From Nitrosopumilus sp. (GTDB lineage Archaea > Thermoproteota > Nitrososphaeria > Nitrososphaerales > Nitrosopumilaceae): DNA of 64,000 nucleotides. Below are positions 1-11,472 of this stretch, in pieces. The position numbers and the translations under genes are program-made. Numbering within the stretch: position 1 is the first letter of the stretch; every line of letters starts with the position of its first letter. The stretch spans positions 2,359,849 through 2,423,848 of the forward strand of contig CBDBLX010000002.1 of NCBI GenBank assembly GCA_965207445.1, written 5' to 3'. The notes beneath the pieces were generated by a model, which saw only the letters and a list, made by a program, of their open reading frames with translations, did no database searches and was not told where the DNA came from.

Positions 1-904
1 TATCAGGGCAACCATCATCATCCATAAAGCCGTTGTATCGTTCAGGTATTAGAGGACAAGAGTCTTCATGATCTGCAACACGATCGCCATCAGCGTCACC
101 TGGTGTGTTACGGAAATTTGGAAGAGTGTCAGGGCAACCATCAAAGTCAGAGAATTGGTTGTATGTTTCGCGATCAGACGGACAAATGTCGAATTGATCT
201 GCAATGCCATCACCATCACGATCAGATGAATCTACGTTGAGAACAACATCAGGGCATCCATCCAAATCACGATAGTTGTTTATAGTTTCAGGTTCAGTCA
301 TACACAAGTCGACTTTGTCTGGTATACCATCACCATCTGTATCATCAAAAGAAGGATCGCTGGGGGTGTCAGGACAACCATCTTCATCTTGGAAGCGATT
401 ATAATTTTCAGGCGCAAGTGGACATGCATCAATATGGTCAGAAATACCATCATAGTCACGGTCCACGGTACTTAATGAATCAGGACAACCATCCAAATCA
501 AGATAGCCATTAAATGTCTCAGGTTGTGTCGGACATAAATCTACAACATCAGAGAACGAATCATTATCAGAGTCTGGCAACCCACTTTCACCGCTTCCAG
601 GTGCAGAATCAGGACAACCATCTTCATCTTCGAATCCATTGTGTTGTTCTTTTAGTGCAGGGCATCTATCTTCATGATCCTGAATTCCATCAGAGTCCTC
701 ATCGTACCACGGGACAAAGTTTGATGGGCACCCATCTATTTCTCCTTGATAATCTTCAATTAGATTTGGGCATAAATCCACATCATCCATGACACCATCC
801 TTGTCAGGATCTGGGTCAGAAAAAGCCTGTTGAGAGGCAAACGGGACGCTAGTCAACGTAGCTACTAGTAACAGCATAAAGGGAAATATTTTATTTTGTT
901 TCAA
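1..904 (-). CDS. Secreted thrombospondin type-3 (Ca-binding) repeat protein, N-terminal part; runs off the window
   Basis: Minus-strand frame from TTG at 904 reads MKQNKIFPFMLLLVATLTSVPFASQQAFS (signal peptide), followed by repeated DxDGDGIxDxxDxCP / DGCPD motifs. Confidence 0.8.
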   Translation of the reverse strand, partial: MKQNKIFPFMLLLVATLTSVPFASQQAFSDPDPDKDGVMDDVDLCPNLIEDYQGEIDGCPSNFVPWYDEDSDGIQDHEDRCPALKEQHNGFEDEDGCPDSAPGSGESGLPDSDNDSFSDVVDLCPTQPETFNGYLDLDGCPDSLSTVDRDYDGISDHIDACPLAPENYNRFQDEDGCPDTPSDPSFDDTDGDGIPDKVDLCMTEPETINNYRDLDGCPDVVLNVDSSDRDGDGIADQFDICPSDRETYNQFSDFDGCPDTLPNFRNTPGDADGDRVADHEDSCPLIPERYNGFMDDDGCPD

Positions 905-1068
905 ATACAAGGATTGTTTCAATAATCTATTTATTAAACTTCTCTAAATTGGGCGGATCTCTATTGAATGAATCAAAAAAGTGTCAAAGTGCCAATAGTA
1001 ATAGCAAACCATCCGTAATGTGCCAACACTACAATAATTATAATAAACAAGCAAATCTACAAGCAACC

Positions 1069-2103
1069 ATGAGTTGCTCAGGTGAAATAGTCGACATCGA
1101 GGATCAAGGTACAAGTCTGATACAGATAAAGCCTGCCATAGCAAAACAACTCAAAAAGGCAAAGTATGGCGTATCAGATCATTCAACAGTAGAGTTATGT
1201 CACTGGACCAAAAAATCATTTAGAGGTGAAGGAAACTGTTACAAACATAAATTTTATGGAATAAGCACACATAGATGTATGGAGTTTTCACCAGCAGGAA
1301 TGCATTGCGAAAATCGTTGTGTATATTGTTGGCGCCCCATGGAGTTTTATGACGCACTAAACATGGAGCCAGACAAAGTAGCAGCGCCACAGGACATTCT
1401 AGAAAACCTCATGGCAGAGAGAAAGAGATTGATTAATGGATATTACGGTAGTTCAAAAAATGACAAAAAGAAACTCGATGAATCGCTTTTGCCTGCGCAC
1501 TATGCAATATCTCTGTCAGGGGAACCTACGATGTATCCAAAACTACCAGAGTTGATAAAATATTTGTATACATTTGATGCAACAAAATCTGTATTTTTAG
1601 TGACGAATGGTCAAGAGCCACATATGATAGAAAAGATGCAAAATATGCCAGACACACTTCCTACACAATTGTACCTTTCAACAAATGCAGCAAATAGAGA
1701 GTCATTTATGAAGATAAACAAGCCCAGATATGAAGACTCTTGGGAGAGATGGAATGAAACTTTATTCATGTTAAAAAAACTCCCAACAAGAACAGTATTA
1801 CGCGTTACACTAATTCGCAAATATAACGACGATGAATCAATGATACCCACTTTTGCAAAGATGTTTGATGATGCCAGCCCACATTTTGTTGAGATAAAGT
1901 CATACATGCACATAGGACGGTCAACAAACAGACTAGAGTATGAGAACATGTTAAACATAGACGAAGTGAGAAAATTTGCAAAAAAGATAGTTGAACATAG
2001 TAATACATTTTCCATAATGGATGAGAGTGAGGTATCAAGAATTGTAATTTTACAAAACAACAAAAGAAAAATAAACCGATATATAGAATCTTATTTAAAG
2101 TAA
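1069..2103 (+). CDS. taw1: 4-demethylwyosine synthase Taw1/TYW1 (radical SAM)
   Basis: CENRCVYC radical SAM motif, CHWTKKS and GEPT motifs; likely start MSCSGE at 1069. Confidence 0.9.
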   Translation: MSCSGEIVDIEDQGTSLIQIKPAIAKQLKKAKYGVSDHSTVELCHWTKKSFRGEGNCYKHKFYGISTHRCMEFSPAGMHCENRCVYCWRPMEFYDALNMEPDKVAAPQDILENLMAERKRLINGYYGSSKNDKKKLDESLLPAHYAISLSGEPTMYPKLPELIKYLYTFDATKSVFLVTNGQEPHMIEKMQNMPDTLPTQLYLSTNAANRESFMKINKPRYEDSWERWNETLFMLKKLPTRTVLRVTLIRKYNDDESMIPTFAKMFDDASPHFVEIKSYMHIGRSTNRLEYENMLNIDEVRKFAKKIVEHSNTFSIMDESEVSRIVILQNNKRKINRYIESYLK

Positions 2104-2349
2104 CATATTATTACAAATATTTAAAAACATATAGCAGAAGATTCATTTTTATTCAAAAGTTTTATTTAAAAACATAACATGATTCAAAAATACAAACTCG
2201 ATGACTTTTTGATTCATCACATATGCAGATTTTTAATTTAAGACAAACATAAAATAAAATTCAAAGATACCAGTAAGTTGAACAATGCTGGAGATTCAAG
2301 TATCCATATATTATTATATTTTATATCACTAATTGGGCAGACATGTACA

Positions 2350-2907
2350 TCACGCGTGTTTTTCATACCAACTTGCAAATATTTTGAGTGCAGATGTTCT
2401 ATGAGACATGAGAATCTTTTGCATCATATCCATCTCTGCATATGTATTGCCATTGTAATGTTCAGGAACAAATATCGGGTCATAACCCCAGCCATCACCA
2501 ACAGGCGTTTTAGATATTGTACCACAAACTTGAGCCCGAAATGTATGATTCAACACGCCATCATCATATGCAACAACTGCAACAAACTTTGCATCTCTGT
2601 TATCAGATGTATGTAAAAGTCTCAATATGCCATTAACTCCGATCGTTTTATGTACATATGATGAAAAAGGGCCGGGGAATTCGTTTAATCCAGTTATAAA
2701 CAGACCATCATCTTCTACAAGTACGGGTGTGTTAAATTTCAAAAATGCATCATGTGCTTTGGATTGCGCGATTTCCTCTAGTGACTCAGATTGAATCTCA
2801 ATTAAATCTGATTTTATATAATTTGTAGTTAAACCAAGTTGTGTCAATATGATACTAGCCTCATCATATTTATGAGAATTTGAGGATACAAATGAAATCA
2901 TTGTCAT
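2350..2907 (-). CDS. rdgB: Non-canonical purine NTP pyrophosphatase (RdgB/HAM1)
   Basis: SSNSHK, VEDDGL, FPGP, GWGYDPIF and SHR motifs. Confidence 0.92.
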   Translation of the reverse strand: MTMISFVSSNSHKYDEASIILTQLGLTTNYIKSDLIEIQSESLEEIAQSKAHDAFLKFNTPVLVEDDGLFITGLNEFPGPFSSYVHKTIGVNGILRLLHTSDNRDAKFVAVVAYDDGVLNHTFRAQVCGTISKTPVGDGWGYDPIFVPEHYNGNTYAEMDMMQKILMSHRTSALKIFASWYEKHA

Positions 2908-3090
2908 GTAATTCCCATCATGAATATCATTACAAATATCATTATCGTTATTATAATAATGAAGAGAATAACATAATCATTTGCATCAATCCAATTTACA
3001 ATACCACTAGTAGCATCATTGTAGCCATCAATACAATAACCACAATTACAATAACCATCAATACAACAATCATCAATACAACAATCACAA

Positions 3091-3738
3091 TTACACAACT
3101 GTTGCATAACGCCCGCGTCCTTCTATCTCTAGTACAAGTTGTTTAATTTTAGCACATCGATCATATCCTACAACAGATGTGTATCCTTGCAGTAACTTTT
3201 TCCACGATGAATTCATTATACGTGCATGAGCGCTATTAAATATCTCCTTGATGAGTCTCATGTCCACTGCATGATCTTCGGGTTTTTGCGTGTTTTGAGA
3301 TAGTCCAAAGTCCAGCATATACAATATGTTGCGATCTTGGTTATAGACAAAGTTTGATGTAGTCAGATCACCGTGCATAATACCATTTTTGTGTAAGATA
3401 CCTACCAATCGTCCAATTGTACCAGAGAGATAAATTATAAGATCATCTGACAGTGACTGTACAGTTACACCTTTTACATATTGCATTATAATGGCAGATT
3501 TTTTAACATCAACCAAATATATCAAAGGAGTCGGTATACCAAATGTGCGCGCAGCACATATGATATTTGATTCTCGTACAGTACGTTGATGTCGTATTCG
3601 AGTATCTAATTGAGTATTACGGTAACTTTTTGGTTTGCGTATCTTCATTATTGCATCACGTCCATCCCACAGTATATGATAGATGTCTGCCTCTGCTCCC
3701 TTTTTGATAAGTTCCATTATCGTTATAACTACAAGCAT
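3091..3738 (-). CDS. bud32: KEOPS kinase/ATPase Bud32
   Basis: KGAEA, HGDLTTSN and DFGLS motifs; near kae1; true start may be 3717. Confidence 0.9.
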   Translation of the reverse strand: MLVVITIMELIKKGAEADIYHILWDGRDAIMKIRKPKSYRNTQLDTRIRHQRTVRESNIICAARTFGIPTPLIYLVDVKKSAIIMQYVKGVTVQSLSDDLIIYLSGTIGRLVGILHKNGIMHGDLTTSNFVYNQDRNILYMLDFGLSQNTQKPEDHAVDMRLIKEIFNSAHARIMNSSWKKLLQGYTSVVGYDRCAKIKQLVLEIEGRGRYATVV

Positions 3739-3754
3739 TCAATAAAAGTTAACT

Positions 3755-4114
3755 ATGGAAGAAAATGAAAAAAAGATCAGACAAGAAGACTGTAATGAAG
3801 ACAAGCTAGGTCCAGGCATACTAACTCTGACTAACAAACGCATTGCATTTGACAAGACAAGATCCCGCATAATGGATTTTAGCAAAAACATCGGAGATAC
3901 CATACTAGACGTCCCATTACACAACGTAACCGATACATGGAAGGAAGGTCTGTTTATGAAAAAGGTCTGTTTTACTGCACGTACAACAAATGGTGAGGAG
4001 ACTTACAAATTTGGAGTGTTCGGCCCAGGTAGTTGGAGAAACACAATAAAAGATGCAATAGATGAATATGATAAAGATAGATCGCACAACACAGAACAAA
4101 AATCACAACAGTGA
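3755..4114 (+). CDS. Hypothetical protein, PH/GRAM-like
   Basis: 119-aa ORF with a GILTLTNKRIAF motif. Confidence 0.55.
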   Translation: MEENEKKIRQEDCNEDKLGPGILTLTNKRIAFDKTRSRIMDFSKNIGDTILDVPLHNVTDTWKEGLFMKKVCFTARTTNGEETYKFGVFGPGSWRNTIKDAIDEYDKDRSHNTEQKSQQ

Positions 4115-4290
4115 TCAATACTGTGAGATCTAGATATTTGCAACTAGTAGACTTGATCAGTGTCATGTATTGATCTGGTGCCAGATATAAAAATTGCAAT
4201 ATTTAAAAAATCTAGTCATATTATATATGATTAATTATTAATATGATCGTAACATTGTATTTTTGCTTATCTTTTACAAGTTATTCTCTT

Positions 4291-4533
4291 CAATAATCCA
4301 CAATGTGTTTTATATAATTTTATTTGAATAATCTACAATGTCGTTAAACATTGATGATCATACTTAATCAGATCAAATAAAAAGTATAAAGTATGGGAAT
4401 ATTCAATACATCTGAATATATATGAAAAATGAGGTACTAGAACATCAATATGAGTTAGGACAGGTAAATTGCAAAGTTTTACGAAAACGGTTCATCGATC
4501 TCGGACTAAATATATCAACCAGATATAACAACA
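4291..4533 (+). mobile_element. Left-end remnant of the ISH3-type IS (degenerate TIR plus transposase N-terminus), cut by MITE-B
   Basis: Homologous to 27900-28140; encodes MKNEVLEHQYELGQV. Confidence 0.75.
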
Positions 4534-4614
4534 GTAACAGTTCAACTCATTATCAAGTTTAGACAAAGATTCATCGCCTAACTTCTAGTGCAGGCACGGG
4601 GGTTGAACGGTTAC
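4534..4614 (+). mobile_element. MITE-B (~80 bp, TIR GTAACCGTTCAAC), degenerate copy
   Basis: gtaacagttcaac...gttgaacggttac; similar to the copies at 10743, 22081, 28644 and 38452. Confidence 0.75.
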
Positions 4615-4760
4615 ATTTGTTAAATAATTTAAAAAATGATCGAGTTAATAATTAATATAATTAATTAAATGGAAAAAATAAATATGTTCTTATAAAATAT
4701 TAATTACCTATACGGTTTAATATCATACAACATTATATCACACAACATTATAGCACAACT

Positions 4761-5906
4761 TCAATAATCTACACGAACAGAATCAAGTCGCCACGATTGT
4801 GTCACAAAGGTATCAGATATCTTGACCCCAGACTTTACATTTGACTCAAGTAGACCCGTCCAACATATCTGGCTTCCACAATCTCCGGCATAATTTAATG
4901 GAACTACAAAAAACTTGCAAGAATGTCTCCTAGATACATCCTTGAGCATAGCAGAGAGTCGTTTATTGGCAGCAACACCACCTACTATCATCAACTCACG
5001 TTTTCCAGTAAATGATAATGCACGTTCCACTGCCTCACCTATCATTGCAAACGCAGTTTCTTGTAATGAAAAACAGGCGGCATGTTTATCAGTGGTCGCA
5101 GCAGATTTTGCAGCAGACAACAGTCCAGAAAAAGATACATCATTTCCCTTTACCGTATATGGAAGAGGAATATAGTGTTGATCAGAGTCGGTGTTTTTTT
5201 GTTTTTTTTCATTATTGGTATTAGGCACACCACCATCATCACCACCATCATCACCACCATCATCACCACCATCACCACCATCATCACCACCATCATCACC
5301 ACCATCACCACCATAATTTCTCAAAACAGATCTTTGCAGTGCCATCTCTTCAATTATCTTACCACATGGAGATGCGAGTCCAAGTGTCCGCCCAAATTGA
5401 TCAAGTAATTGTCCTAGTGTAATATCTAGTGTCTCACCAAATACTCGCCATTGTTTGTCCAAAAATGCCAACAGCATTGTATGCCCACCTGATACGAGTA
5501 ATACCAATGGATTCTTTGCCCCGGTAAGTAGCTTGCCAAGCTCAATGTGTCCTATAGCATGATTAACAGGATAGATTGGAATTTTGTGAAAAGAACCAAG
5601 TGATCTCGCCACTACAGCACCAACACGCAAGCAAGGTCCAAGACCAGGTCCAGCAGCATATGATATTATATCCACATCTTTAATCGAGACACCAGATTGC
5701 TCAAGACAGTCACGTAATACCTGAGGCGCGTACTCTACATGATGACGTGATGCTTCTCGAGGATGTATCCCTTCACCATCATCAGGCTTGTAAATATGAC
5801 GTACATCAGAGAGTATCACCCCTCTATCATAACCACGCTTTTCAAGTATGGCACAAGAGAATGTATGTGCAGTACTTTCGATACCCAAGCCAATAGTCTT
5901 TGCCAT
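4761..5906 (-). CDS. kae1: KEOPS tRNA t6A threonylcarbamoyltransferase Kae1, with a Gly/Asp-rich insertion
   Basis: GIESTAHT, HAIGH, VSGGHT, GETLD and GGVAAN motifs. Confidence 0.93.
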   Translation of the reverse strand: MAKTIGLGIESTAHTFSCAILEKRGYDRGVILSDVRHIYKPDDGEGIHPREASRHHVEYAPQVLRDCLEQSGVSIKDVDIISYAAGPGLGPCLRVGAVVARSLGSFHKIPIYPVNHAIGHIELGKLLTGAKNPLVLLVSGGHTMLLAFLDKQWRVFGETLDITLGQLLDQFGRTLGLASPCGKIIEEMALQRSVLRNYGGDGGDDGGDDGGDGGDDGGDDGGDDGGVPNTNNEKKQKNTDSDQHYIPLPYTVKGNDVSFSGLLSAAKSAATTDKHAACFSLQETAFAMIGEAVERALSFTGKRELMIVGGVAANKRLSAMLKDVSRRHSCKFFVVPLNYAGDCGSQICWTGLLESNVKSGVKISDTFVTQSWRLDSVRVDY

Positions 5907-5907
5907 T

Positions 5908-7113
5908 TCATCCTCGGCTCATAGTAGATACAATCTTAATCACATCACCGTCGCATAATTGTTTACTACCACTTATCCGTTGTTTTGTTTTACAGTCAAT
6001 TGCATGAAGTAGTCCTTGCGCTAAATCAGCATGTACTAATGTCGCCAAGTCCTTTACAGTTGAACCTTTTTTAATTAATTTAGTATCAGGTAATACTTGT
6101 CCATCCTTGTTTGTGAGTTTATTTTCATCCTCTACAGGATAGACCACAATATAATCTAGCATCTCAAACACTGCACGATTCAATATCTTTTGTACCCCCG
6201 TATCAGATATTGCAGACAAGATAGAAGCAGTCATCTTTAATGCATTTTGTTGAGAAAGTGGCAAATCAGTAAGTTGTTTTTTGACCTCAAACTTTTCAGA
6301 ACCAATCTCATACGATATTATCCCTGCTTTGGCGGCCTTGCGTAATAACAGTTCAGTCTCTGCGCTACACGGCATTACATATCCACCAACTTGTTTAAGA
6401 CGTTCAATCACATTACCAGCATCATCACCACACAAATCAATCTTATTTGCAGCAATTATCATAGGTTTTGAGTCAGCACGTAGCTCACGTGCAAATAACA
6501 CAATATCAGATTCTGACCATTCAGTCGGACTTCTCCCTTCAAAACTTATTTTTGTCAAAACACGATTTACATCAGATGTACTTACACCTAGTCCCGAGAA
6601 TCTTTGCGCTATACCATCGACGAGTTTGGTACGTTTTTGGCCAACCTCACGTACGATCTTGTCCCAATCACGGCTTAGAATATCTGCAAACCATAAATCA
6701 AACTCATCTTTTACAAACTTTACATCCTCAGTCGGATCGTGTGTTCCTGCCGATACAGGCTGACCACATATGTCAGTAGTACCTGCAGCATCTACAACAT
6801 GTATGAGAATCTCTGCTTGTCTTGCATTATCAAGAAATTTATTTCCAAGTCCTTTGCCTTGATGTGCGCCAGGCACCAAACCTGCAACATCAATTAATCG
6901 TATAGGCACGAGTCTAGTTCCATTATTGCACGGACAGTCTTGATATGAGATTCCAAAGTGTTTGCATGCACAATCAGTCTCAACATGTGCAACACCAACA
7001 TTTGGCTCTATTGTGGTAAATGGAAAATTACCAGATGGAACCGTCACCTCTGTTGCAGCAGAAAAGAATGTTGATTTGCCGACATTTGCTTTTCCCAATA
7101 GTCCAATCTGCAT
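5908..7113 (-). CDS. ychF: YchF/Obg-family ATPase with TGS domain
   Basis: GKANVGKST, FPFTTIEPN, DVAGL and NKID motifs. Confidence 0.9.
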   Translation of the reverse strand: MQIGLLGKANVGKSTFFSAATEVTVPSGNFPFTTIEPNVGVAHVETDCACKHFGISYQDCPCNNGTRLVPIRLIDVAGLVPGAHQGKGLGNKFLDNARQAEILIHVVDAAGTTDICGQPVSAGTHDPTEDVKFVKDEFDLWFADILSRDWDKIVREVGQKRTKLVDGIAQRFSGLGVSTSDVNRVLTKISFEGRSPTEWSESDIVLFARELRADSKPMIIAANKIDLCGDDAGNVIERLKQVGGYVMPCSAETELLLRKAAKAGIISYEIGSEKFEVKKQLTDLPLSQQNALKMTASILSAISDTGVQKILNRAVFEMLDYIVVYPVEDENKLTNKDGQVLPDTKLIKKGSTVKDLATLVHADLAQGLLHAIDCKTKQRISGSKQLCDGDVIKIVSTMSRG

Positions 7114-7162
7114 TAAATGTATAAAATACCTACTTTATATTAGTATTACAAAATGAGGCACT

Positions 7163-7933
7163 ATGAACAGTAATATGACAATAACAAAAGAGACAAAAAC
7201 AGCAACGAAAAAACATACTGGCACAATAATAATAATAATAACAGGAACCCCCGGAGTTGGAAAGCATACTGTTGCAAAAGAGATTATGAAAATGACAGCC
7301 GACTGGCACATTATTGATGTAAACGAATCAGCTCGTAAAGCAGGGCTATATGAGTATAATATAGATGCACATACAAATGATGTACATTACACCACTAGCA
7401 AACATAATAAAAACACAATTGATATTGATACAGATAAACTCTCAAATATAATAAAACAAGAGATCAAAGCATCCAAAAACTACATTGTAGTCGGACATTT
7501 GGCACCATATGTCATACAAGCAACAAAAGAGGTCATATTTGTAGCCATACTGAGACGAGACCCATATGATCTTCTCAAAGTTTACAAAGATAGAGGGTAC
7601 ACAGATTTAAAATCCCGCGAGAACGCAGGATCAGAGGCACTAGGGGTAATTGCATACGATACGTTTGCAGCATCATATAACAGAATAGGTCAATTTAACA
7701 CAACAAAAAGAGATCCCAAAAAAGTGGCAAGGGGGATACTTGATGTAATACATGACATACGTCATAACAATAAGAGTAGTGATTACAACTCACAACATCC
7801 AATAAGCAAAAAAAACATAGAGCCATGGAAACCCATAGATTGGATGCGAGACGATGATGATTATAATGATGATGACATTGGCAGAGTATCTACAAAGACA
7901 CGACGTATGCTAGAGGATTTTTTCAAAAACTGA
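7163..7933 (+). CDS. Atypical adenylate kinase (AK6/Fap7 family)
   Basis: ITGTPGVGK P-loop, VVGH, RGY...K.REN. Confidence 0.8.
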   Translation: MNSNMTITKETKTATKKHTGTIIIIITGTPGVGKHTVAKEIMKMTADWHIIDVNESARKAGLYEYNIDAHTNDVHYTTSKHNKNTIDIDTDKLSNIIKQEIKASKNYIVVGHLAPYVIQATKEVIFVAILRRDPYDLLKVYKDRGYTDLKSRENAGSEALGVIAYDTFAASYNRIGQFNTTKRDPKKVARGILDVIHDIRHNNKSSDYNSQHPISKKNIEPWKPIDWMRDDDDYNDDDIGRVSTKTRRMLEDFFKN

Positions 7934-8032
7934 TCAAAATATTACATATGAATATTTTGTAGATAATCATACGTGTAATTTGTCAAAATGTCCAAATGGT
8001 AATTAATTATAGAGTACATAGATCAACACAAT

Positions 8033-9559
8033 ATGCACTTTGAGATATTAAAGACAGACCTGGCAGCTAGAATCGGCAAAATATACACAGAGCATGGTAT
8101 AGTTAAGACTCCAGCATATGTTCCAGTAATACATCCTGCCAAACAGATCATACCAACAAAATACATCAAGGATATGGGATTCGATATCGTCATTACCAAC
8201 GCATACATTACAAGAAATGTATACGGTGACAAGGCAATTAAACACGGCATACATAATATAATCAAATATGATGGAGCCGTAATGACTGACTCGGGAGGAT
8301 ATCAAGTTCTCGAGTATGGCAAGGTCAAAGTTACGCCACAAGAGATGGCCGCATTTGAGAGAGGCATACGGACAGACTTTGCAATACCCCTTGACAAACC
8401 TACAGGATTTGGCATGTCAGCAGATATGGCAGAGTCATATGTCAAACACACACTCAAAGTATCAAAAGAGACATTAAAGAATCGTGGCAAACAGAACCAA
8501 ACATGGGTCGGACCAATACAAGGAGGTGAACATTTTGATCTTGTAGCAAAGTCTACAAAAAGTCTAGTAAAGATGGGCTTTGAGATGTTAGCACTAGGTA
8601 GTCCAGTTGAGTTTATGGAGTCTTACGAGTATAGGCTATTAGCAAAAATGATCATAACTGCGAAGCAGAATATGCCACACAACATACCACTTCATCTGTT
8701 TGGTGCAGGCCACCCACTTACAATATCGCTTGCAGTAGCATTGGGATGCGACACATTTGACTCTGCATCATACGTGTTATATGCAAAACAACGACGATAC
8801 ATGACAGAAGACGGCACACGAAATCTAGATGAGATAGAGTACTTTCCATGCTGTTGTGTTATATGCTCAAAGTACACTCCAAATGAGATGCGCCAAATGG
8901 ACGATGACATATTAACAAAAGAGTTAGGAATACATAATCTGTATGCAATAAAGCTAGAACTAGACAAGACAAGACAAGCTATTGTAGAGGGCCGGTTATG
9001 GGAGTATGTAATAAAAAAGTCAAGGGCACATCCCAAGTTATACGAGGCAATTAACAAAATTATTGCAACACCAAGCATCACACCATATTTTAAGACTGGA
9101 ACTTTACAATTCAAACAAAAAGCAGTGTTCTTGTATAATATAGAGGACCAATACAGACCAGAGGTTATAGCATACCATGAGATAACTCGAGCATTTAAAA
9201 CAAAAAAGAGCAAAATTGTGATTATATCAGAGTCTCACATAAAACCAGGATACATGTCACGTGATTATAAAAAAGTATACAAGAATGTAGACAAAAAAGA
9301 CACACAAATTTGTCAGTACAATCCCATACTGGGAATTATACCAATTGAGCTATCAGACATGTATCCGGCAGCACAGCACGAGTCAGCACATATTTACATA
9401 GAACCTTCAAAATGCACAGAGTTCTTACACACATGGAATGCATTATTTGAGAATAACAAATTTGAGGAGATCTATTATGATAAGAGTGACGAATTCTTGA
9501 GTTATTTTGTAAAAATGCTCAAAGGAGTAAAGAGGCAAACACTCTACCTACACAAATGA
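8033..9559 (+). CDS. tgtA: Archaeosine tRNA-guanine(15) transglycosylase
   Basis: MTDSGGYQ, PIQGG, HLFGAGHP, DTFDSASY and CCCVIC Zn site. Confidence 0.93.
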   Translation: MHFEILKTDLAARIGKIYTEHGIVKTPAYVPVIHPAKQIIPTKYIKDMGFDIVITNAYITRNVYGDKAIKHGIHNIIKYDGAVMTDSGGYQVLEYGKVKVTPQEMAAFERGIRTDFAIPLDKPTGFGMSADMAESYVKHTLKVSKETLKNRGKQNQTWVGPIQGGEHFDLVAKSTKSLVKMGFEMLALGSPVEFMESYEYRLLAKMIITAKQNMPHNIPLHLFGAGHPLTISLAVALGCDTFDSASYVLYAKQRRYMTEDGTRNLDEIEYFPCCCVICSKYTPNEMRQMDDDILTKELGIHNLYAIKLELDKTRQAIVEGRLWEYVIKKSRAHPKLYEAINKIIATPSITPYFKTGTLQFKQKAVFLYNIEDQYRPEVIAYHEITRAFKTKKSKIVIISESHIKPGYMSRDYKKVYKNVDKKDTQICQYNPILGIIPIELSDMYPAAQHESAHIYIEPSKCTEFLHTWNALFENNKFEEIYYDKSDEFLSYFVKMLKGVKRQTLYLHK

Positions 9560-9890
9560 TATGATAATCATTTCACGTATAATTTCAATTGTACAAGAAA
9601 ATGAAAATTTATGAATTCATTTTTTAATTTCAGAATATTATAAAACAGATCATGTATGTTGTTATGGTAATTGTTATTGTATGGTAATTGTTATTGTGTG
9701 GTAATTGTTATGATTGTAATGAAACCATCCAAACAGATCTTTTAACAATCTACCATTATGTCTCAGCAATTCGTCTGTACTTGACCACAATAATGGACTA
9801 GTTAACTAATCAAAGTGTTAAATTCCAACATAGACAGTGATCAGAGCCACATGATCTAAAATAAGAAAGAAAAGAAAAGAAAAAGAGCGG

Positions 9891-10193
9891 TTATAGTGCC
9901 GCATCTTCGGCCCAGCCATTAATGAAGACACCGTTCTTGTGGAGCGGTACTGGCTGTCCTGCAGTATAGTTCATTGGTCTCATCCAAAAGATGGACTTTG
10001 TCGGGCATACACCAATGCATGCACCGTCTGAGATACATCTCTCGGGATAAAAGACAAATGCTTTACCACGTTTCCAGCCTTCGACTGGTTTTACTCTTAG
10101 GACATCAGGTCCCAAAGACGTACAGATCTCTACGCACAGTGCGCAGCCGATACATCTCTGTTCATCGATGTCAGGTAGTATTGCTATAGGCAT
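9891..10193 (-). CDS. 2x[4Fe-4S] ferredoxin-like protein
   Basis: CIGCALCVEIC and CISDGACIGVCP. Confidence 0.9.
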   Translation of the reverse strand: MPIAILPDIDEQRCIGCALCVEICTSLGPDVLRVKPVEGWKRGKAFVFYPERCISDGACIGVCPTKSIFWMRPMNYTAGQPVPLHKNGVFINGWAEDAAL

Positions 10194-10742
10194 TACACTA
10201 TGAATTCTTGTTATTTAGTATTTAAACTATGAGTGAATACTATAACCCTGTTATGAAAAACGTGCAGTACACAACGAACAGTAAAAGTCAGGGAATCATG
10301 TCACCCCGACACATAAGAGACATGACGTGCAAGGACAGATAATGATTTGCACAGTAAAAACCATATTCATTGAGAATTCCAGAGCAGTTTATCATATATC
10401 ACAACACGCGTATACATCGCAGCCTTTATGGCCAAACACCGATCAGTACATACAAAGAAAGAATACTCTCAGAGGGAGAATCTCACCAAAGCGACGTCTG
10501 AGTTGACTCGCATAATGTTTCAAATAAAAAATTGAAAATCCCATCTACAAATATCTATAGATCAAGAACAATAAATGAATATAAAAGACCAAAAACTTTT
10601 GGATCACTATTTTAATTACTACGCATATTGACTGAACTGAGAGTACTTCCATACACCACAGTGTATTCTATGTACCGTGACGTAAAAACCCGATCATTTT
10701 ATGCCCAATTTACTGAATCGGCAATTACCACCCCACATTGGC

Positions 10743-10822
10743 GTAACCGTTCAACCCCTTCCCAAATTTAGGCACAAATTCATCGCCTAACGTCTGGCGC
10801 AGGTACGGGGTTGAACGGTTAC
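10743..10822 (+). mobile_element. MITE-B with 9-bp TSD CACATTGGC
   Basis: TIR gtaaccgttcaacccc / ggggttgaacggttac flanked by a perfect 9-bp direct repeat. Confidence 0.9.
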
Positions 10823-10969
10823 CACATTGGCCCTGCTAAAAACTGATATTCGGCCATGTCGTAGGAAATACATGTCACAACTCTATGAGGTGACATCATT
10901 TCTCGACTATACAACAGCGAACAGTACAAAAAATAAATAAATAAAGAAAAGAAATGCGCAATAATGTAA

Positions 10970-11191
10970 TTACTTTGCTTTTTCTCTCATTGCGTCGATC
11001 TGACCTGATGTAACCCAATCAAGCAGTTCAGCAGAACTTGGATTTAGATCGGCCTTCTTATTCATAAGATTACTAACCCAGATCCAGTTAATTTGGTTCA
11101 GCAGTGGCTTGTTATCTTCGTCATCTGCACGAGTTTTCCTTACAAGATCAGCATCTTGCTCTGAAAGCCATTGCTCAAAGGTTCTTCCCAT
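10970..11191 (-). CDS. Small hypothetical protein
   Basis: 73-aa ORF with upstream TATA-like tttaa and downstream T-rich terminator-like tract. Confidence 0.7.
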   Translation of the reverse strand: MGRTFEQWLSEQDADLVRKTRADDEDNKPLLNQINWIWVSNLMNKKADLNPSSAELLDWVTSGQIDAMREKAK

Positions 11192-11472
11192 AAATTGCCA
11201 AAAGTTGATTATAGTAATTAAAGCTTTTGAAGATTACACACTACATAAAATCACAATCGTTTAACTTTTCTGAAATCTAGGCGTAAATTTTAGATGTGAT
11301 TGTTCAGATACAGGTAAAATGATACATAAAATAAGTCATACACGATACAACATACAAGGAAAATACAACGCATAAATCACAAAATGACAAGAGGTACGTG
11401 TTTAAATGAGCTCAAATTTATGTAATGTGAAAAAAGAAGGGTTTTAACGTAGATGTTTTTGAGTATTAATTC

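Noticed and set aside
2904..3107. Cys-rich 67-aa ORF
   Set aside because: It lies in a low-complexity microsatellite spacer between bud32 and rdgB and is probably spurious.
10200..10740. Possible ncRNA in a long intergenic region (catgtc...gacatg hairpin)
   Set aside because: A single weak hairpin, with no convincing second copy or recognisable family.
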